Positions 61,844 through 64,000 of a stretch of 64,000 nucleotides of DNA are shown piece by piece (position 1 is the first letter of the stretch; every line of letters begins with the position of its first letter). A program made the translations under genes and the position numbers. The notes under the pieces are model-generated. The model ran no database searches. It had not been told where the DNA came from and saw nothing but the letters and a program-made list of their open reading frames with translations. The stretch comes from an uncultured Bacilli bacterium (lineage in GTDB: Bacteria > Bacillota_I > Bacilli_A > RF39 > UBA660), in NCBI GenBank assembly GCA_947632455.1, contig CANRPK010000001.1, forward strand, positions 18,228-82,227. The letters run 5' to 3'.

Positions 61844-62395
61844 ATGAAATTACCAAATATTACAATTTTAGATGAAACTGATAAATTATTGCATGAAATC
61901 AGTGAAGAAGTAAAATTTCCTTTATCTAAAGAAGATAAACAACATATTAATAATATGCTTACATATTTAAAAATGAGCCAAATTGAAGAATATGCTCAAA
62001 AATATAATTTACGTGCTGGCATGGGTCTAGCTTATGTACAAACCGGCATTTTAAAAAGAATATTTGTTATCGTTGAAGAATTAGATGATAAAACTTTTAA
62101 AAACTATGTTATTATTAATCCTAAAATAATTAGTCATAGTGAAGAACAAATCTATGTTGGCGAAGGTGAAGGCTGTCTAAGTGTTAATCGTGAAGTTGAA
62201 GGTATAGTTCCAAGATATGCGAGAATAACTATTGAAGCTCAAGATATTGATGGTAATCCTTTTAAAATTCGTGTTCGTGAAGATATAAGTGTTGCCTTCC
62301 AACATGAAATTGATCATTTAAATGGCATATTATTCGTTGATAAAATAGATAAAAAAGATCCATATAAAAATATTGATTTATATCGTGAAATATAA
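61844..62395 (+). CDS. def: peptide deformylase
   Basis: Def motifs G.GLAA...Q, EGCLS and QHEIDHLNG. Confidence 0.9.
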   Translation: MKLPNITILDETDKLLHEISEEVKFPLSKEDKQHINNMLTYLKMSQIEEYAQKYNLRAGMGLAYVQTGILKRIFVIVEELDDKTFKNYVIINPKIISHSEEQIYVGEGEGCLSVNREVEGIVPRYARITIEAQDIDGNPFKIRVREDISVAFQHEIDHLNGILFVDKIDKKDPYKNIDLYREI

Positions 62396-62424
62396 AAAAT
62401 GCTTTCTAACTAAGCATTTTTTTA

Positions 62425-64000
62425 TTAAGCATTTTCTAAATTGACACTAACTAATTTACTAACTCCAGACTCTTGCATTGTCATTCCATATAAAATATCC
62501 GCATATTCCATAGTTCTTTTTTTATGGGTAATCAATATAAATTGACTAGCATCTTTCTTTTCTTGTAAATATTTTCCAAAAGTATCTACATTAGCTTCAT
62601 CTAAAGCTGCCTCTACCTCATCTAAAATACAAAATGGACTTGGTTTTACATTAAGCATAGCAAATAATACTGATATGGCTGTTAATGTTTTTTCTCCTCC
62701 AGATAAAAGTGCAATAGAATTTAATTTTTTTCCGGGAGGTGAAGCAATAATATCTATTCCTGTATTTAATAAATCATCAGGTTCTGTTAATTTTAAAGTC
62801 CCACTTCCCCCTTTAAATAATTTTCTAAATACATTATTAAATTCTTTAGAAATAGCTTCAAAAGTATTTTTAAATTTTTCAATCATAATTTTATCCATTT
62901 CAGTAATAATATCTGTTAATTCTTTTGAAGAATCTTCCAGATCACTACTTTGTTTAATTAAAAAATCATATCTTTCTTTAACTCTTTCATATTCGCTTAT
63001 TGCCCCAGTATTTACAACTCCTAAAGAAGCAACTTCATTTTTAATATCTAGTACTTTATTCCTAGCTAAGTCCTCCTCAAGTGTAAGTTCATAATTACTG
63101 CAAGCATATTCATAAGTAATACCATAAGTATTTGATAAATCTAAAAGTAAATTATCTAATTTAACATCATACTTTCCTAATATGATTTCTTTTTCTTTAA
63201 GTTCATTTGCAACACGATTATAATCTAAGTTAACTTTTTTATATTTTGCTTCTACTTCATTTATTTCTAAACTTAAATCTGATTTCTGTTTTTTTAATTT
63301 ATTTAATTCATTTAAAGCAATATCTTTATCACTCGCTACTACATTAGCTTCCTCTAAAATACTAACTAATTTTTTATCTAATTTTTTATCGCCTATCTCT
63401 TCATTTCCCTTTATTTCCAATTCTTTTTTAGCCATGCTATCTTCTAAAGTTCTTATTTTATTAGTTTTAGTATTTAATATTTCATTTAAATTAATTAAAC
63501 TTTTATTTATATCATTTTCTTTTGCTTCTAAATTATTAAACTCTTCCAAAAGCTTTTTCAAATCAACATTTAAATCATCCAACTCTAATTTTTTAATTTC
63601 TAATTGTTCTACCACTTCATTAAGTTGTAATTTATCACTCATTACTCCAGATTGACTTTTATCTCTACCTCCAGCAATCGCTCCACCAGAATAAAGAATT
63701 TCTCCATCTAAAGAAACAACTCGATAATAATAATTTAAAAGTTTCCCAATTCTATTTAAAGCATCAATATCTTTTACCACAATAACATTTCCTAGTTGAT
63801 TTTTCATAATATTATCATACATTTTATCGTATTTAATTAAATTACTAGCTACGTTTATAAAACCTTCATCATTTTTTATTTTTGCTATATCTTCCTCGCT
63901 AATATTTCTAGGTTTTATAACATTTAATGGTAAAAAAGTTGCTCTTCCCAATCTATTATCTTTTAAATAATTTATACATTCTTTACTAGCCTCTGAAGAA
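62425..64000 (-). CDS. smc: chromosome segregation protein SMC (3' part; the gene continues beyond the window)
   Basis: C-terminal ABC signature LSGGEKTLTAISVLFA and Walker B FCILDEVEAALD; hinge motif GRATFLPLN. The reading frame stays open upstream to position 64000, and the track's start at 63951 is a TTG artefact. Confidence 0.85.
   Translation of the reverse strand, partial: SSEASKECINYLKDNRLGRATFLPLNVIKPRNISEEDIAKIKNDEGFINVASNLIKYDKMYDNIMKNQLGNVIVVKDIDALNRIGKLLNYYYRVVSLDGEILYSGGAIAGGRDKSQSGVMSDKLQLNEVVEQLEIKKLELDDLNVDLKKLLEEFNNLEAKENDINKSLINLNEILNTKTNKIRTLEDSMAKKELEIKGNEEIGDKKLDKKLVSILEEANVVASDKDIALNELNKLKKQKSDLSLEINEVEAKYKKVNLDYNRVANELKEKEIILGKYDVKLDNLLLDLSNTYGITYEYACSNYELTLEEDLARNKVLDIKNEVASLGVVNTGAISEYERVKERYDFLIKQSSDLEDSSKELTDIITEMDKIMIEKFKNTFEAISKEFNNVFRKLFKGGSGTLKLTEPDDLLNTGIDIIASPPGKKLNSIALLSGGEKTLTAISVLFAMLNVKPSPFCILDEVEAALDEANVDTFGKYLQEKKDASQFILITHKKRTMEYADILYGMTMQESGVSKLVSVNLENA

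Noticed and set aside
63951-64000. Treating 63951 as the true start of the smc ORF
   Set aside because: The first codon there is TTG, and the frame remains open upstream to the window edge with SMC-like sequence (...CINYLKDNRLGRATFLPL). The gene is therefore truncated by the window, not a 508-aa protein.

Overview
This is a 64-kb stretch of a very AT-rich chromosome (about 26-28 % GC by eye) that uses the standard genetic code. It is Firmicutes/Clostridia-like: the gene order parallels Bacillus at several loci (hrcA-grpE-dnaK-dnaJ, rbgA-rnhB, ruvX-yrzB-mltG-trmR-U32 peptidases, relA-dtd-hisS-aspS, comN/spoVB-like), and a YjcZ-like small protein suggests a spore-former. Almost every gene is on the minus strand. 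The housekeeping backbone is recD2, mtaB, a CIRCE/HrcA-controlled chaperone operon with an oligoendopeptidase F gene between dnaK and dnaJ, topA, an LtaS-family enzyme, rnhB/rbgA, lepB, rplS, greA, a U32-peptidase/O-methyltransferase cluster, mltG, ruvX, ppdK, tcdA, a six-gene aminoacyl-tRNA operon (hisS-aspS-asnS-gatCAB) behind a T-box leader, dtd, relA, an FtsW/RodA homologue, def and a partial smc. I found no rRNA, tRNA or CRISPR array. The accessory DNA is concentrated around ppdK. (1) A roughly 4.1-kb island sits between about 72-bp imperfect direct repeats that duplicate the 3' end of ppdK. It carries an XRE regulator, a ParB-N-domain gene broken at an A8 run, a large PD-(D/E)xK-like protein and an Abi_2/HEPN protein, and no recombinase. 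I regard it as a candidate defence island and a possibly undescribed module. (2) Next to it is a degenerate ToxN/AbiQ-like toxin remnant and two tiny membrane or Cys-rich peptides. (3) On the other side of ppdK there is a tandem duplication of a two-gene module: a membrane-anchored secreted protein divergent from a tandem-HTH XRE regulator. Its promoters, operator-like palindrome and terminators are conserved, the middle of the surface protein has diverged, and a third distant paralogue lies next to dnaJ. (4) A HerA/DUF87-type ATPase with a membrane-anchored partner is wedged between tcdA and gatB. Two genes look inactivated by frameshifts at homopolymer tracts. Coordinates I derived by hand-counting may be off by 1-2 bp.
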